DNA of 64,000 bases from sequence record SRR31156797_403. The stretch is one strand, 5' to 3'. Positions 39,312 through 49,168 of this stretch are shown piece after piece. A program made the position numbers and the translations under genes. How positions within the stretch are numbered: the first letter of the stretch is position 1; each line of letters begins with the position of its first letter. Below the pieces are notes generated by a model. That model ran no database searches. It was not told the origin of the DNA and saw only the letters and a program-made list of their open reading frames with translations.

Positions 39312-40175
39312 ATGGATCAGCATCTCAACAGGGCCGAAAAATTAGCTGGATTGTCTCAGGAAAACCAACTCGCGGTAATGGGAATTTTGAACCTTACCCC
39401 GGATTCATTTTTTGATGGCGGCCATTACCTGAATACGGAAAATGCTATAAAACAGGCTTCAACAATGATTGAAGAGGGTTCAGCAATCCTGGACATTGGA
39501 GCAGTTTCCACCAGGCCTTTTGCCAATCAGGTGAGTGAGGAAGATGAATGGAACCGGCTAAAAAAGGTTCTGCCTGCAATCCGGAAAAAGTTCCCCGGTA
39601 TTTTAATTTCAGTTGACACATATCGAAGTTCCATCGCCCGACAATCGATTTTGGAAGGCGCAGATATCATCAACGATATTTCGGGTGGACAGTTTGATGA
39701 AAAAATCTTCAAAGTGATTTCGGAGTTCCACCCCGGATATGTGATGATGCACATCCGGGGAAATCCACAAACGATGCAGCAAGATCCGGAGTATGATGAT
39801 GTAGTTGAGGAGGTGATCTCCTTTTTTAAAGGCCAGCTTAAAAAGCTCAATAATCTTGGTGTCGAAAGAAACATCATCCTGGATCCGGGATTTGGTTTCG
39901 GGAAAACTGTCGATCACAATTATCAGTTGCTTCATGGAACAGAGAAAATCAGGGAGCTTGGTTACCCTGTTTTGGCAGGCTTGTCAAGGAAATCGATGAT
40001 TAATAAGGTTTTAGGAACTAAACCCGAAAATGCCCTTAACGGAACCACGGCGCTCAACATGCTGGCGCTGCAAAATGGTGCTCAAATTTTGAGGGTACAT
40101 GATGTGAAACCTGCAATGGAGGTTGTCAGGCTTTTTGAAATGTACAGTGCAAATGCGCCTAATGTTTCTGTTTAA
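39312..40175 (+). CDS. folP: Dihydropteroate synthase
   Basis: MGILNLTPDSFFDGG, STRP, INDISGG, DPGFGFGK, SRKS, LRVHDV. Confidence 0.96.
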   Translation: MDQHLNRAEKLAGLSQENQLAVMGILNLTPDSFFDGGHYLNTENAIKQASTMIEEGSAILDIGAVSTRPFANQVSEEDEWNRLKKVLPAIRKKFPGILISVDTYRSSIARQSILEGADIINDISGGQFDEKIFKVISEFHPGYVMMHIRGNPQTMQQDPEYDDVVEEVISFFKGQLKKLNNLGVERNIILDPGFGFGKTVDHNYQLLHGTEKIRELGYPVLAGLSRKSMINKVLGTKPENALNGTTALNMLALQNGAQILRVHDVKPAMEVVRLFEMYSANAPNVSV

Positions 40176-41169
40176 ACCAGTTGTACCAGTCCGCAAATTT
40201 TGATATGCCTTCCTTAATCCCAACAACGGGTTGATAGCCAAAATCTTTTTGCATGGCCGAAACATCGGCATAAGTAATTTTTACATCGCCCTTTCTGTGT
40301 GGCAAAAATTCTATTTCAGCTTTCTTCCCCAGTACCTCTTCTATCGTTTGGATAAAATCCATGAGCAACACCGGGCCTGAGTGGCCGATATTATATATTT
40401 TATAATGGCTATCCTGACTGTTACCGTTAATTACCAGGCAAATGCCTTCAACGATATCGTCGATAAATGTAAAATCCCGCTCCATTTTACCATTGTTAAA
40501 CACCCTGATTTTTTTCCCTTTCGAAACATTATCAACAAAAAGATAAGGTGCCATATCTGGCCTGCCCCAGGGACCATATACAGTAAAAAACCGTAATCCT
40601 GTGGTTTTTAGTTTATACAGATGACTATAGGTGTGGGCTATCAACTCATTCGATTTTTTGCTGGCTGCATAAAGGCTGATGGGATGATCAACATTATCTG
40701 ATTCGGAGAACGGGACATCATCACGATTACCGTAAACACTTGAGCTGCTGGCGTATACAAAATGGTTTACGTTAAATTCGCGACAAGCGTCAATCAGGTT
40801 GATAAACCCGGTTACATTATTTTCGATGTACGTATGCGGATTCAGAATGCTGTACTGCACACCAGCTTGTGCGGCCAGGTTACACACCACGTCAAAATCA
40901 TATTTCGACATTAAATCTTCCAGGTAGTAACGGTCAATGATGTCAACTTTTGAAAAATGAAAGTTTTCTGTGATGGTACTTTTATATACCAGGTTTGGCC
41001 AGATACTGTCCTCTTCGATGCCAAGCAGTGGTAGCTTTTCATACTTAAACCTGACGTCGTAATAGCTGTTGATGTTGTCGATCCCAACAACAAAGTGACC
41101 TGCTGCCAGGAGAGTTCGGGTGAGGTTATATCCGATAAAGCCAAGCGCTCCGGTAATAAGAATATTCAT
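40159..41169 (-). CDS. NAD-dependent epimerase, UDP-glucuronate 4-epimerase-like
   Basis: TGALGFIG, NLAAQAGV, YASSSSVYG, YAASKK, RFFTVYGPWGRPDMA. Confidence 0.9.
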   Translation of the reverse strand: MNILITGALGFIGYNLTRTLLAAGHFVVGIDNINSYYDVRFKYEKLPLLGIEEDSIWPNLVYKSTITENFHFSKVDIIDRYYLEDLMSKYDFDVVCNLAAQAGVQYSILNPHTYIENNVTGFINLIDACREFNVNHFVYASSSSVYGNRDDVPFSESDNVDHPISLYAASKKSNELIAHTYSHLYKLKTTGLRFFTVYGPWGRPDMAPYLFVDNVSKGKKIRVFNNGKMERDFTFIDDIVEGICLVINGNSQDSHYKIYNIGHSGPVLLMDFIQTIEEVLGKKAEIEFLPHRKGDVKITYADVSAMQKDFGYQPVVGIKEGISKFADWYNWFKQKH

Positions 41170-41288
41170 TGGGTATGTTTTGTTAAGTTTTCAGCAGCCA
41201 AAAGTACCATGATTTTTTGGATACATTTCTGATCTGCCCTGATTCTTGATTAATTCATTAATTTTGGGGGCAAATCGAAAACTTATTT

Positions 41289-42068
41289 ATGATTCCCGTT
41301 TTCATTGATATCCGGCTTACCGACGTAATTGATGTACTGCTCGTAGCTTTTCTTTTGTACGAGGTTTACAACCTGTTAAAAGGAACCGCAGCCATCAACA
41401 TCTTTCTGGGTATTATTGCAATATTTGGTATCTGGCGTCTGGTAAACCTTTTGCAGATGGAGCTTCTGAGTCAAATACTTGGGGCTTTCATATCGGTGGG
41501 TTTCATAGCGCTTATTGTGGTTTTTCAGCCTGAAATAAGGCAGTTTTTACTGCTGATAGGGACCCCAAAGTTTATTGCGAAAGCACGTAGCAGGATTCCA
41601 TTCCTCAACTTAAACCTTGGTAAACCCATCAACCTGGATGTAGACCATATCGTGACTGCATGCCGAAAATTGTCGGCAAATAAAACCGGTGCGCTCATCA
41701 TCCTTGCCAAAACCAACGAACTGAGGCAGTATGTGGAAACAGGTCGTATATTGGATGCTGCCATTTCGGACGAACTGCTAATGAACATTTTCTTTAAAAA
41801 CAGCCCGCTGCACGATGGGGCTGTGATCATCATCAATAACAAAATTAAGTCTGCCCGTTGTATCCTGCCTGTTTCAAGCAATAAAAAAATATCAGTGGCT
41901 CTGGGTTTGAGACACCGGGCTGCAGTGGGGGTTTCCGAAAAAACTGATGCCATTGCCGTGGTGGTTTCCGAAGAAACAGGCGAAGTGGCTTATGTCAAAA
42001 AAGGGGTGATCATCCAGAATGTGAATTTCTCACACCTGAAAAACTTTCTGGATAAAGAATTTAATTAG
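41289..42068 (+). CDS. cdaA: Diadenylate cyclase
   Basis: Three TM helices, FQPEIR, NSPLHDGA, GLRHRAA, VSEETG; -7 box TAATTTTG at 41259-41266. Confidence 0.95.
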   Translation: MIPVFIDIRLTDVIDVLLVAFLLYEVYNLLKGTAAINIFLGIIAIFGIWRLVNLLQMELLSQILGAFISVGFIALIVVFQPEIRQFLLLIGTPKFIAKARSRIPFLNLNLGKPINLDVDHIVTACRKLSANKTGALIILAKTNELRQYVETGRILDAAISDELLMNIFFKNSPLHDGAVIIINNKIKSARCILPVSSNKKISVALGLRHRAAVGVSEKTDAIAVVVSEETGEVAYVKKGVIIQNVNFSHLKNFLDKEFN

Positions 42069-42090
42069 GAGAATAAATCTTCCCGGTTCT

Positions 42091-42624
42091 TTATTCCTCT
42101 GCTTGTTTCGCAGCGTTTTCTTTTTGGAAAATTTCGATTAATTCCTCGGGTGATTTTCCCAGGTATTTCAGTGAAACTTCTGCGTCATCAGCAAATTCAT
42201 TTTCAGGATATTTGGCTAAAAATTCTTCATAGATGACTTTGGCCTTATCAAGCCTGCCAAGGTTGTTTTCGTAAACGTAACCTTTTAAGAATAAGGCTTC
42301 AGGGGCTTTCCGGTATTCACTATATTCATTGATGATGCGGTCGTACAACTTGATGGCCTTATTTGATCTGTTGGTGTTCATAGCTACATCACCTGCTTTA
42401 AACAGGAAATCCGGCGAAAGTGTATCTTCCGGAAATTCGTTGGCAAACGACTCATATGTTGCGATCAGGTCATCCACATGTTCAGTGTTCACCAACCCAG
42501 TTTCTGAAAATGTATTGTTTTCCACTTCATTGATGTTATCCAGTGCATCCTGGTGAGGATTACTGCATGAGGCTGCAAATACAATTGTTGCTGCTACCAT
42601 CAAACATTTAAAAATGCTTCTCAT
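42091..42624 (-). CDS. TPR-containing lipoprotein
   Basis: Lipobox FAASC; TPR-like KAPEALFLKGYVYEN...YEEFLAKYP. Confidence 0.85.
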   Translation of the reverse strand: MRSIFKCLMVAATIVFAASCSNPHQDALDNINEVENNTFSETGLVNTEHVDDLIATYESFANEFPEDTLSPDFLFKAGDVAMNTNRSNKAIKLYDRIINEYSEYRKAPEALFLKGYVYENNLGRLDKAKVIYEEFLAKYPENEFADDAEVSLKYLGKSPEELIEIFQKENAAKQAEE

Positions 42625-43196
42625 CTTGCTACTGATTTTTTTTGTTTTGGAAATATCATTCTGTATTTAACGTCAATCTTTCCTTTTGAGATATCCTGAA
42701 GTTTTCTTTTTATCAGGGTTTTTCGCAGTGCGCTAACCTTATCTGTGAAAAGAATGCCTTCCAGGTGGTCGTATTCATGCTGGATTACGCGGGCAGCAAA
42801 GCCTGTGTATTTTTCTTCCCTGAGCTCCCAGTTTTCGTCGTAATATTCAATCACCACATCAGATTGGCGGGTTACGTCCTCCCGAATATTTGGAATGCTC
42901 AGGCATCCTTCATCCATGGTAACGTCTTTTCCGGCCTCTTCGAGGATGTAAGGATTAATAAAAACTTTTTTGAAATCATCCAGTTCAGGCATTTTATCTG
43001 AATAGGGTGTACCGTCAACGATAAACAACCTGATCGATTTGTTAACTTGTGGGGCTGCCAAACCTATGCCATCTGAGGCGTACATTGTTTCGAACATGTC
43101 GCTGATGAATTTTTGCAGATCAGGATAATCCTGGTCGATCTCCTCGGAAACTTTTCTGAGTGTCGGATGTCCGTATGCAACTACTGGTAGTATCAT
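42621..43196 (-). CDS. def: Peptide deformylase
   Basis: GIGLAAPQ, EGCLS, QHEYDHLEG. Confidence 0.97.
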   Translation of the reverse strand: MILPVVAYGHPTLRKVSEEIDQDYPDLQKFISDMFETMYASDGIGLAAPQVNKSIRLFIVDGTPYSDKMPELDDFKKVFINPYILEEAGKDVTMDEGCLSIPNIREDVTRQSDVVIEYYDENWELREEKYTGFAARVIQHEYDHLEGILFTDKVSALRKTLIKRKLQDISKGKIDVKYRMIFPKQKKSVAR

Positions 43197-43227
43197 AATT
43201 TTACTTTGTTCAACGGGTTATTGGCTT

Positions 43228-43650
43228 CTAAAATTTTGTGTGATTCATTTGCATGTACGATTGCAACATGATTGTCGCACTTACTTTATCAACCAGTCCT
43301 TTATCCTGGCGAATCTTTTTCCTGGCGCCGGCCTCCCGGATAGCACTTTGAGCCATCACCGAAGTAAAACGCTCATCAACCCTGTCAACAGGAATTGCAG
43401 GAAATTGTTTTATTAGCTTTTTCACGAAAGGCTCAATGAAACGTTGTGCATCAGAAGCCTTGTTATTCATTTGCCGGGGTTCGCCAACCACAAACTTCTC
43501 AACATCTTCGTTTGCGCAATATTGTTTGAGAAACGAGAAAATATCTTTTACGTGTATGGTATCCAGGCCAGTTGCTATGATTTGTAGTTCATCAGTAACT
43601 GCAATTCCCACACGTTTTTGTCCGAAGTCTATGGCCAGGATCCGTCCCAA
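43228..43650 (-). CDS. ruvX: RuvX/YqgF resolvase-like pre-16S rRNA nuclease
   Basis: AIDFGQKRVGIA, VVGEP, DERFTS, VDKVSA; TTG start. Confidence 0.93.
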   Translation of the reverse strand: MGRILAIDFGQKRVGIAVTDELQIIATGLDTIHVKDIFSFLKQYCANEDVEKFVVGEPRQMNNKASDAQRFIEPFVKKLIKQFPAIPVDRVDERFTSVMAQSAIREAGARKKIRQDKGLVDKVSATIMLQSYMQMNHTKF

Positions 43651-43749
43651 TTTTTAACCCTTCTGTTATTTGAGCGTGCAAAATTATAAAGAAAAAAGAT
43701 AGTGATTGTTTTTTCCTAATTTTGGCGGCTTTCAAACTAGCGGCAAAAC

Positions 43750-44565
43750 ATGGAAGAAATCAGACAGACAATAGAGCGGGCGTGGGAAAATAGGGAATTG
43801 CTCAAGGACAATGATACTGTTGAGAAAATTGAATTTGTTATAGAAGAACTTGACAAGGGGAGGGTGCGCGTGGCAGCACAAAACTCGGGCAAATGGATGG
43901 TGAACGAATGGATTAAAAAGGCTGTGATTTTGTATTTCCCCATAAAAAAAATGAAAACGACACATGCCGGAGTGTTGGAGTTTCATGATAAGATGGACCT
44001 GAAAACAAATTACAGGGAATTAGGGATCAGGGTAGTGCCACACGCAGTAGCCCGCTATGGTGCTTATGTGGCTAAAGGTGTGGTGATGATGCCTTCGTAT
44101 GTGAATATTGGTGCTTTTGTGGATTCCGGAACCATGGTGGATACCTGGGCCACTGTGGGCTCCTGTGCACAGATCGGGAAAAACGTTCACCTGAGCGGTG
44201 GTGTGGGAGTTGGTGGTGTGCTGGAACCGGTACAGGCAAGTCCGGTGATAATCGAAGACGGGTGTTTCATCGGGTCGAGATGTGTTGTGGTGGAAGGTGT
44301 AAGGATTGAAAGGGAAGCGGTTTTGGGTGCTAATGTGGTGCTGACCAATTCAACAAAGATCATTGATGTTACCGGCAAAAAACCGGTGGAATCAAAGGGT
44401 CTGGTTCCCGAAAGGTCAGTGGTGATTCCCGGAAGTTATACCAAATCTTTCCCGGCCGGCGACTATCAGGTACCATGTGCCCTGATTATTGGTAAGCGTA
44501 AAGCCTCAACGGATTTAAAGACTTCCTTAAACAATGCGTTACGCGATTTTGAAGTTGCAGTTTAA
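43750..44565 (+). CDS. dapD: Tetrahydrodipicolinate N-succinyltransferase
   Basis: FHDK, RVVP, MPSYVNIGA, DTWATVGSCAQIG, GGVLEP. Confidence 0.96.
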   Translation: MEEIRQTIERAWENRELLKDNDTVEKIEFVIEELDKGRVRVAAQNSGKWMVNEWIKKAVILYFPIKKMKTTHAGVLEFHDKMDLKTNYRELGIRVVPHAVARYGAYVAKGVVMMPSYVNIGAFVDSGTMVDTWATVGSCAQIGKNVHLSGGVGVGGVLEPVQASPVIIEDGCFIGSRCVVVEGVRIEREAVLGANVVLTNSTKIIDVTGKKPVESKGLVPERSVVIPGSYTKSFPAGDYQVPCALIIGKRKASTDLKTSLNNALRDFEVAV

Positions 44566-44579
44566 CCTATAATATCATT

Positions 44580-45593
44580 TTGAAAAAGGGTTTCAAAAAA
44601 ATTCTGATTATTCAGACAGCCTCAATCGGAGATGTGGTGCTGGCTACGCCGGTCATCGAAAAACTCGCCAAATTTTATCCAACAAGCAAAATTGATTTTC
44701 TGTTGAAAAAAGGGCTTGAACCACTATTGTTTAATAATCCCCGTTTGCATAAAATTTTAATCTGGGATAAATCAACAGATAAATATAAAAGCCTTAGAAA
44801 TCTTATTGGTAAAATCAGAAGCAACCGCTACGATCTGGTGGTGAACCTGCAACGATTTGCTTCTAGCGGATTGTTTACGGTACTTTCCGGAGCAAATGTA
44901 AAGCTCGGATTCAATAAAAATCCATTTTCGGTTTTTTACACGCATCGTGTAAAGCATATGATTTCAACAGACCCGAAAAAGAGTGATCATGAGGTATTTC
45001 GTAACCTGAATGTAATAACAAACATTACAGATACTGACATGAGTTTTCCGGTAAAATTGTACCCATCAAACACCGATTTCGCAAAGGTTTCTCAGTTTAA
45101 AACCAAAAAATATATCTGTATTGCTCCAACCTCACTATGGTTTACCAAGCAGTTTCCACCTGAAAAATGGACTGACTTTATCAAAGACCTGGATTCAGAA
45201 CTTGTAGTTTATTTTTTAGGTGCAAAATCTGATGAACAGGTTTGTCAAGATATAATCACGAACTCCGGACATCAAAATAGCCTGAATTTGTGTGGAAAGC
45301 TTACATTCCTTGAATCGGCCGCCCTGATGAAAGATGCCAGCATGAATTTTGTAAACGACTCAGCTCCACAGCATTTCGCTTCAGCAATGAATGCACCACT
45401 GACCTCCATTTTTTGTTCAACTGTTCCTGCTTTTGGTTTTGGCCCGCTGTCTGACGATAGCGTTGTTATTGAAACCGATGAAAATCTGGATTGTAAACCA
45501 TGTGGATTGCATGGGTTTAAGAAGTGCCCTGAAAAGCATTTTAAATGCGCTTTAACAATTAATAAGGAAAAGTTACTGAAGCGCGTATATTAA
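44580..45593 (+). CDS. Glycosyltransferase family 9 (heptosyltransferase-like)
   Basis: IGDVVLATP, NDSAPQHFASA, CKPCGLHG...C. Confidence 0.9.
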   Translation: MKKGFKKILIIQTASIGDVVLATPVIEKLAKFYPTSKIDFLLKKGLEPLLFNNPRLHKILIWDKSTDKYKSLRNLIGKIRSNRYDLVVNLQRFASSGLFTVLSGANVKLGFNKNPFSVFYTHRVKHMISTDPKKSDHEVFRNLNVITNITDTDMSFPVKLYPSNTDFAKVSQFKTKKYICIAPTSLWFTKQFPPEKWTDFIKDLDSELVVYFLGAKSDEQVCQDIITNSGHQNSLNLCGKLTFLESAALMKDASMNFVNDSAPQHFASAMNAPLTSIFCSTVPAFGFGPLSDDSVVIETDENLDCKPCGLHGFKKCPEKHFKCALTINKEKLLKRVY

Positions 45594-45638
45594 TTGCAGC
45601 TATTTTTGCTGAATCAATCAGATACGATTAACTCATTC

Positions 45639-46202
45639 ATGCAGACTGAAATAGAAAAAACCGTTGAGGTACTAAAACAGGGTGGTGTAATTCTCTACCC
45701 AACCGATACCATTTGGGGAATTGGATGCGATGCATCTAACCAAAAAGCTGTAGATAAGATCTACAAAATCAAAAAACGTATCGAGGGCAAAAGCCTGTTG
45801 ATACTGGTTGACAGCCCTGATCGGATCAGTCAGTATGTGAAAGAAGTTGATCACCTGGCGCTTGAGTTGGTCAATAGCTATGATAAACCTCTTACCGTAA
45901 TTTTTCCCGGATCAAAGAACCTGGCTAAGGGTGTGGCTGCTGATAACAAGAGTATTGGAATTCGTGTGGTGCAGGATGATTTTTGCCGACAGGTTGTTAC
46001 GAAATTCGGGAAAGCCATCACTTCATCTTCAGCAAATATTTCAGGTTTCAGGCCACCTATCCATTTTCAGGATATTTCAGATGAAATAAAAAATGGGGTT
46101 GATTATGTGGTAAACCTGCACCAGGATCATATCAGGGATCTCAAGCCTTCACGGATTATTCGTATCAAGGAAAAAGGCGATTTTGAGATTGTCAGGCCGT
46201 AG
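45639..46202 (+). CDS. tsaC: L-threonylcarbamoyladenylate synthase
   Basis: YPTDTIWGIGC, IYKIKKR, GIRV, SSSANISG; start ATG 45639. Confidence 0.92.
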   Translation: MQTEIEKTVEVLKQGGVILYPTDTIWGIGCDASNQKAVDKIYKIKKRIEGKSLLILVDSPDRISQYVKEVDHLALELVNSYDKPLTVIFPGSKNLAKGVAADNKSIGIRVVQDDFCRQVVTKFGKAITSSSANISGFRPPIHFQDISDEIKNGVDYVVNLHQDHIRDLKPSRIIRIKEKGDFEIVRP

Positions 46203-46266
46203 AGGATTTAACCTGCGGGGTTTGAATTATTATTTGGGCATTGTCGGTGGAAAAAGAATTTGAAAT

Positions 46267-47100
46267 TTAAAGATCCCTTCTATTCAGGTAGATGTGAATC
46301 AGACCAATGAAAATCGCCAGGTAAAGCAGGCACAGGCCGATATCCCAAAATGAAACACCCGCCTGGATAAATTCCATCTCCTCAAGATTAAAATCATCGG
46401 TTTTCACCTGAAGAAGCGAAGTATTCACCCCTTTGATTATTCCATTCATCGCATTTAATGGAAGAAATTTAACAAACTTATCCGGGGTGTAATACTGGAT
46501 GATCAGTTCGATAAAGGTATATGAAAGGAGGGTGATGATTGCAAAACCGGTTTTTCTGATTAAAATCCCGATCAACAGTGCAAAGGTGAGGTATGTTGCC
46601 GTTTCGATGAAGTAAAAGATCAGCCAGTGCATCCGGCTCATAATGGCAGCCATGGACGTGTTTGCAGAAAATCTGTATCCCAGATACAGTCCTGAAATCA
46701 GCAGCGCAACAGTGGCAATTATCGACAACAAGAAAACAACACTCAATTTCCCGAGCATAAATTGCGTCCGGCTCATGCCGGCCAAAATATTGGACCTGAT
46801 GGTCAGGTAAGAAAACTCATTGGAAATAAAAACCAGCATCAAAAGGGCAAGGAAAATTTTAATGAAGCCGCGCATTCCTGCAACAAAAGCAATATTTTGC
46901 CACACGTCAGCAAAATTAAAAGCAATGGTTTTAAAAGCTTTTATCGGAGTGCTTTCGCCGGTTTTTGAACCAATATAGTCCAGGAATTCAGGTAACCCAA
47001 AAATAATCGAAAACAGGATGAAGAGGTAGAGCCCTGCCATAATCCAAAAAGCCTTGTAGCTTTTGAGTTTCAACCATTCTATTTTTAACAATCGCAGCAT
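46267..47100 (-). CDS. ABC-2 type transporter permease
   Basis: About 6 TM helices, ISNEFSYLTIRSNILAGMSR; 1-nt overlap with the ATPase gene. Confidence 0.85.
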   Translation of the reverse strand: MLRLLKIEWLKLKSYKAFWIMAGLYLFILFSIIFGLPEFLDYIGSKTGESTPIKAFKTIAFNFADVWQNIAFVAGMRGFIKIFLALLMLVFISNEFSYLTIRSNILAGMSRTQFMLGKLSVVFLLSIIATVALLISGLYLGYRFSANTSMAAIMSRMHWLIFYFIETATYLTFALLIGILIRKTGFAIITLLSYTFIELIIQYYTPDKFVKFLPLNAMNGIIKGVNTSLLQVKTDDFNLEEMEFIQAGVSFWDIGLCLLYLAIFIGLIHIYLNRRDL

Positions 47101-47990
47101 TATTCCATCAGGAGTTTTAGAACCTCTTTTTCCAGGCTTTTCTTCCTGAGGTTCAGGTGCGACAATACAATTCCTTTTTCGATCAGTATTTCATTGATGT
47201 CAGCAGTTGAAAGTTCCGGTTTGGCTTGTACCAACAGCTGGTTGCCTTCTTTTGTTATTTCACCGATATCATCAATTTCCAGCAGTGCTGTGGATAACAA
47301 ATCCAGGTTATGTGATGAAAGTTCAATTACATCCGACTCTTTTGAGAGCTCCGCGATACTGCCCGAAAACAGCTTTTCTCCCTTGCGGAGTACGGCCACA
47401 TGCGAACAGGTTTTTTGTACTTCATCCAGCAGATGGCTTGCCAGGATCACAGTCTTTCCCTCGCCGGCAATTCGTATTATCAAGTCCCTGATTTCGGCTA
47501 TGCCCTGCGGGTCCAGGCCATTTGTGGGTTCATCAAAAATCAACACTTCCGGGTCACCAATCATAGCCGAAGCAATTGCCATACGCTGTTTCATACCCAT
47601 GGAGTAGGTCTTGAATTTATCCCTGCGGCGATCGTAAAGCCCAACTGTTTTCAATACATCTTTAATACCCTTGTAAGGCTTTTGTTTAATGGATGCGCTG
47701 ATTCTCAGATTGTTTTTGGCTGACAGGTATGGATAAAAATGTGGGTTCTCCAATGTGGCACCGATTCGCTGACGGGCTTTGTATGAGGGTTCCTCATCAA
47801 ACCATTTGAACGAACCCCGTGTGGCTTTGATGATATCCATAATAATGGCCAGGGTGGTGGTTTTGCCACTGCCGTTTGGCCCGAGAATACCATAAACATT
47901 TCCTTGTTCTATGGTTAGATCAAGGTTGTTGATGGCACGCAAACTGCCATATCTTTTGGTAAGCCCCGTTATGGAAAGTATTTCTGACAA
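47100..47990 (-). CDS. ABC transporter ATP-binding protein
   Basis: GPNGSGKT, YSMGMKQR, FDEPTNGLD, ASH. Confidence 0.93.
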   Translation of the reverse strand: MSEILSITGLTKRYGSLRAINNLDLTIEQGNVYGILGPNGSGKTTTLAIIMDIIKATRGSFKWFDEEPSYKARQRIGATLENPHFYPYLSAKNNLRISASIKQKPYKGIKDVLKTVGLYDRRRDKFKTYSMGMKQRMAIASAMIGDPEVLIFDEPTNGLDPQGIAEIRDLIIRIAGEGKTVILASHLLDEVQKTCSHVAVLRKGEKLFSGSIAELSKESDVIELSSHNLDLLSTALLEIDDIGEITKEGNQLLVQAKPELSTADINEILIEKGIVLSHLNLRKKSLEKEVLKLLME

Positions 47991-48007
47991 TGGATTTTTG
48001 CTTCAGG

Positions 48008-48544
48008 TTACTGTTTTCCGTATTTAACAAATAATTCTTCCAATACTTCTTCGGTAAGCTCATGTCCGCGCAGGAAAGGAAAGCCCTGCCATCTTACTAT
48101 GCCGTCAGGATCGATAACCACGACGTGAGGAATACCCGAAACCTGGAAAGCTGATTTCGTACGTTTTTTGGTGTCGATGGCACTGTAATATTTCATCACA
48201 GGTTCTTTCATCCTCAGTACTTTTTCCTCGGTCTCATCCGATAAACCAATCACCACCATCTGGTCCTTGTACTTTTCAGCCCATTTATTTACCTCCGGTA
48301 TTGCCCGCTTACATGGTCCACACCAGGTTGCCCAAAAGTCGATCATAACAAATTTCCCTTTTGTGTCGGGTTCTTCGCTGAGCCACTTTTCAACAAACAG
48401 TTCAGGTGCTTTTTGGTGGTAAAAAGATTTGGCATACATCTTTTTATTTGGTGTTTCGTCCTGGGCGAATATTGTATTTGTTCCGGATAAAAGGAAAAGT
48501 CCGAGCAAGGCTGCGGATAAAATGTTTTTGAATGATTTATTCAT
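48008..48544 (-). CDS. TlpA-family thiol-disulfide oxidoreductase
   Basis: DFWATWCGPC, GIPH; signal peptide; -7 box at 48576-48583 supports start 48544. Confidence 0.9.
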   Translation of the reverse strand: MNKSFKNILSAALLGLFLLSGTNTIFAQDETPNKKMYAKSFYHQKAPELFVEKWLSEEPDTKGKFVMIDFWATWCGPCKRAIPEVNKWAEKYKDQMVVIGLSDETEEKVLRMKEPVMKYYSAIDTKKRTKSAFQVSGIPHVVVIDPDGIVRWQGFPFLRGHELTEEVLEELFVKYGKQ

Positions 48545-48652
48545 TTTTATCAATTTTATAATTTTCATTGAGCCGCAAAAATAGACATTCAGCGTAATCA
48601 GCCCAACAAATTTTATTTTAACATATTTTTGTCGCAATTAAAAAACGTTAAA

Positions 48653-49168
48653 ATGAACATTAGCAAAGACAGCATAGTAACTTTCCGATACGAAATGTTG
48701 ATTGTGGAAGAGGACGGGTCGCAGCACGTACAGGTTGAAGATTCAAAACCACTAACAGTAATGTTTGGTCGGAGAAACCTGCTCGAACCATTTGAAAAGC
48801 AATTGTTTGGCCTTTCTGAAAATGACAAATTCGATTTTACATTGAAGAGCCAGGATACGTTTGGGCCTCATCTTGAACATGCAGTACAGGAATTTAGTAA
48901 AAAGGATATCCTGGATGGATCAGAATTTGAAGACATCGAAATTGAAGAGGATATGTATCTGCCCATGGAAACGGAGGAAGGTACACCCTTTAACGGGAAA
49001 GTGGTGAAATTGGATGGGGACAACATTACACTTGATTTTAACCATCCTTTGGCAGGGAAAGATTTAATTTTCAGGGGTAGGATCGATAAGGTTCGTGACG
49101 CAACTGAGGAGGAAATCAGCGCAGGAAAACATATTTCGACCGCTAATGGAAAAACATGTAGGCAATAA
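48653..49168 (+). CDS. slyD: SlyD-type FKBP peptidyl-prolyl isomerase without His-rich tail
   Basis: LDFNHPLAGKDLIF...VRDATEEE; -7 box TATTTTTG at 48624-48631. Confidence 0.85.
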   Translation: MNISKDSIVTFRYEMLIVEEDGSQHVQVEDSKPLTVMFGRRNLLEPFEKQLFGLSENDKFDFTLKSQDTFGPHLEHAVQEFSKKDILDGSEFEDIEIEEDMYLPMETEEGTPFNGKVVKLDGDNITLDFNHPLAGKDLIFRGRIDKVRDATEEEISAGKHISTANGKTCRQ

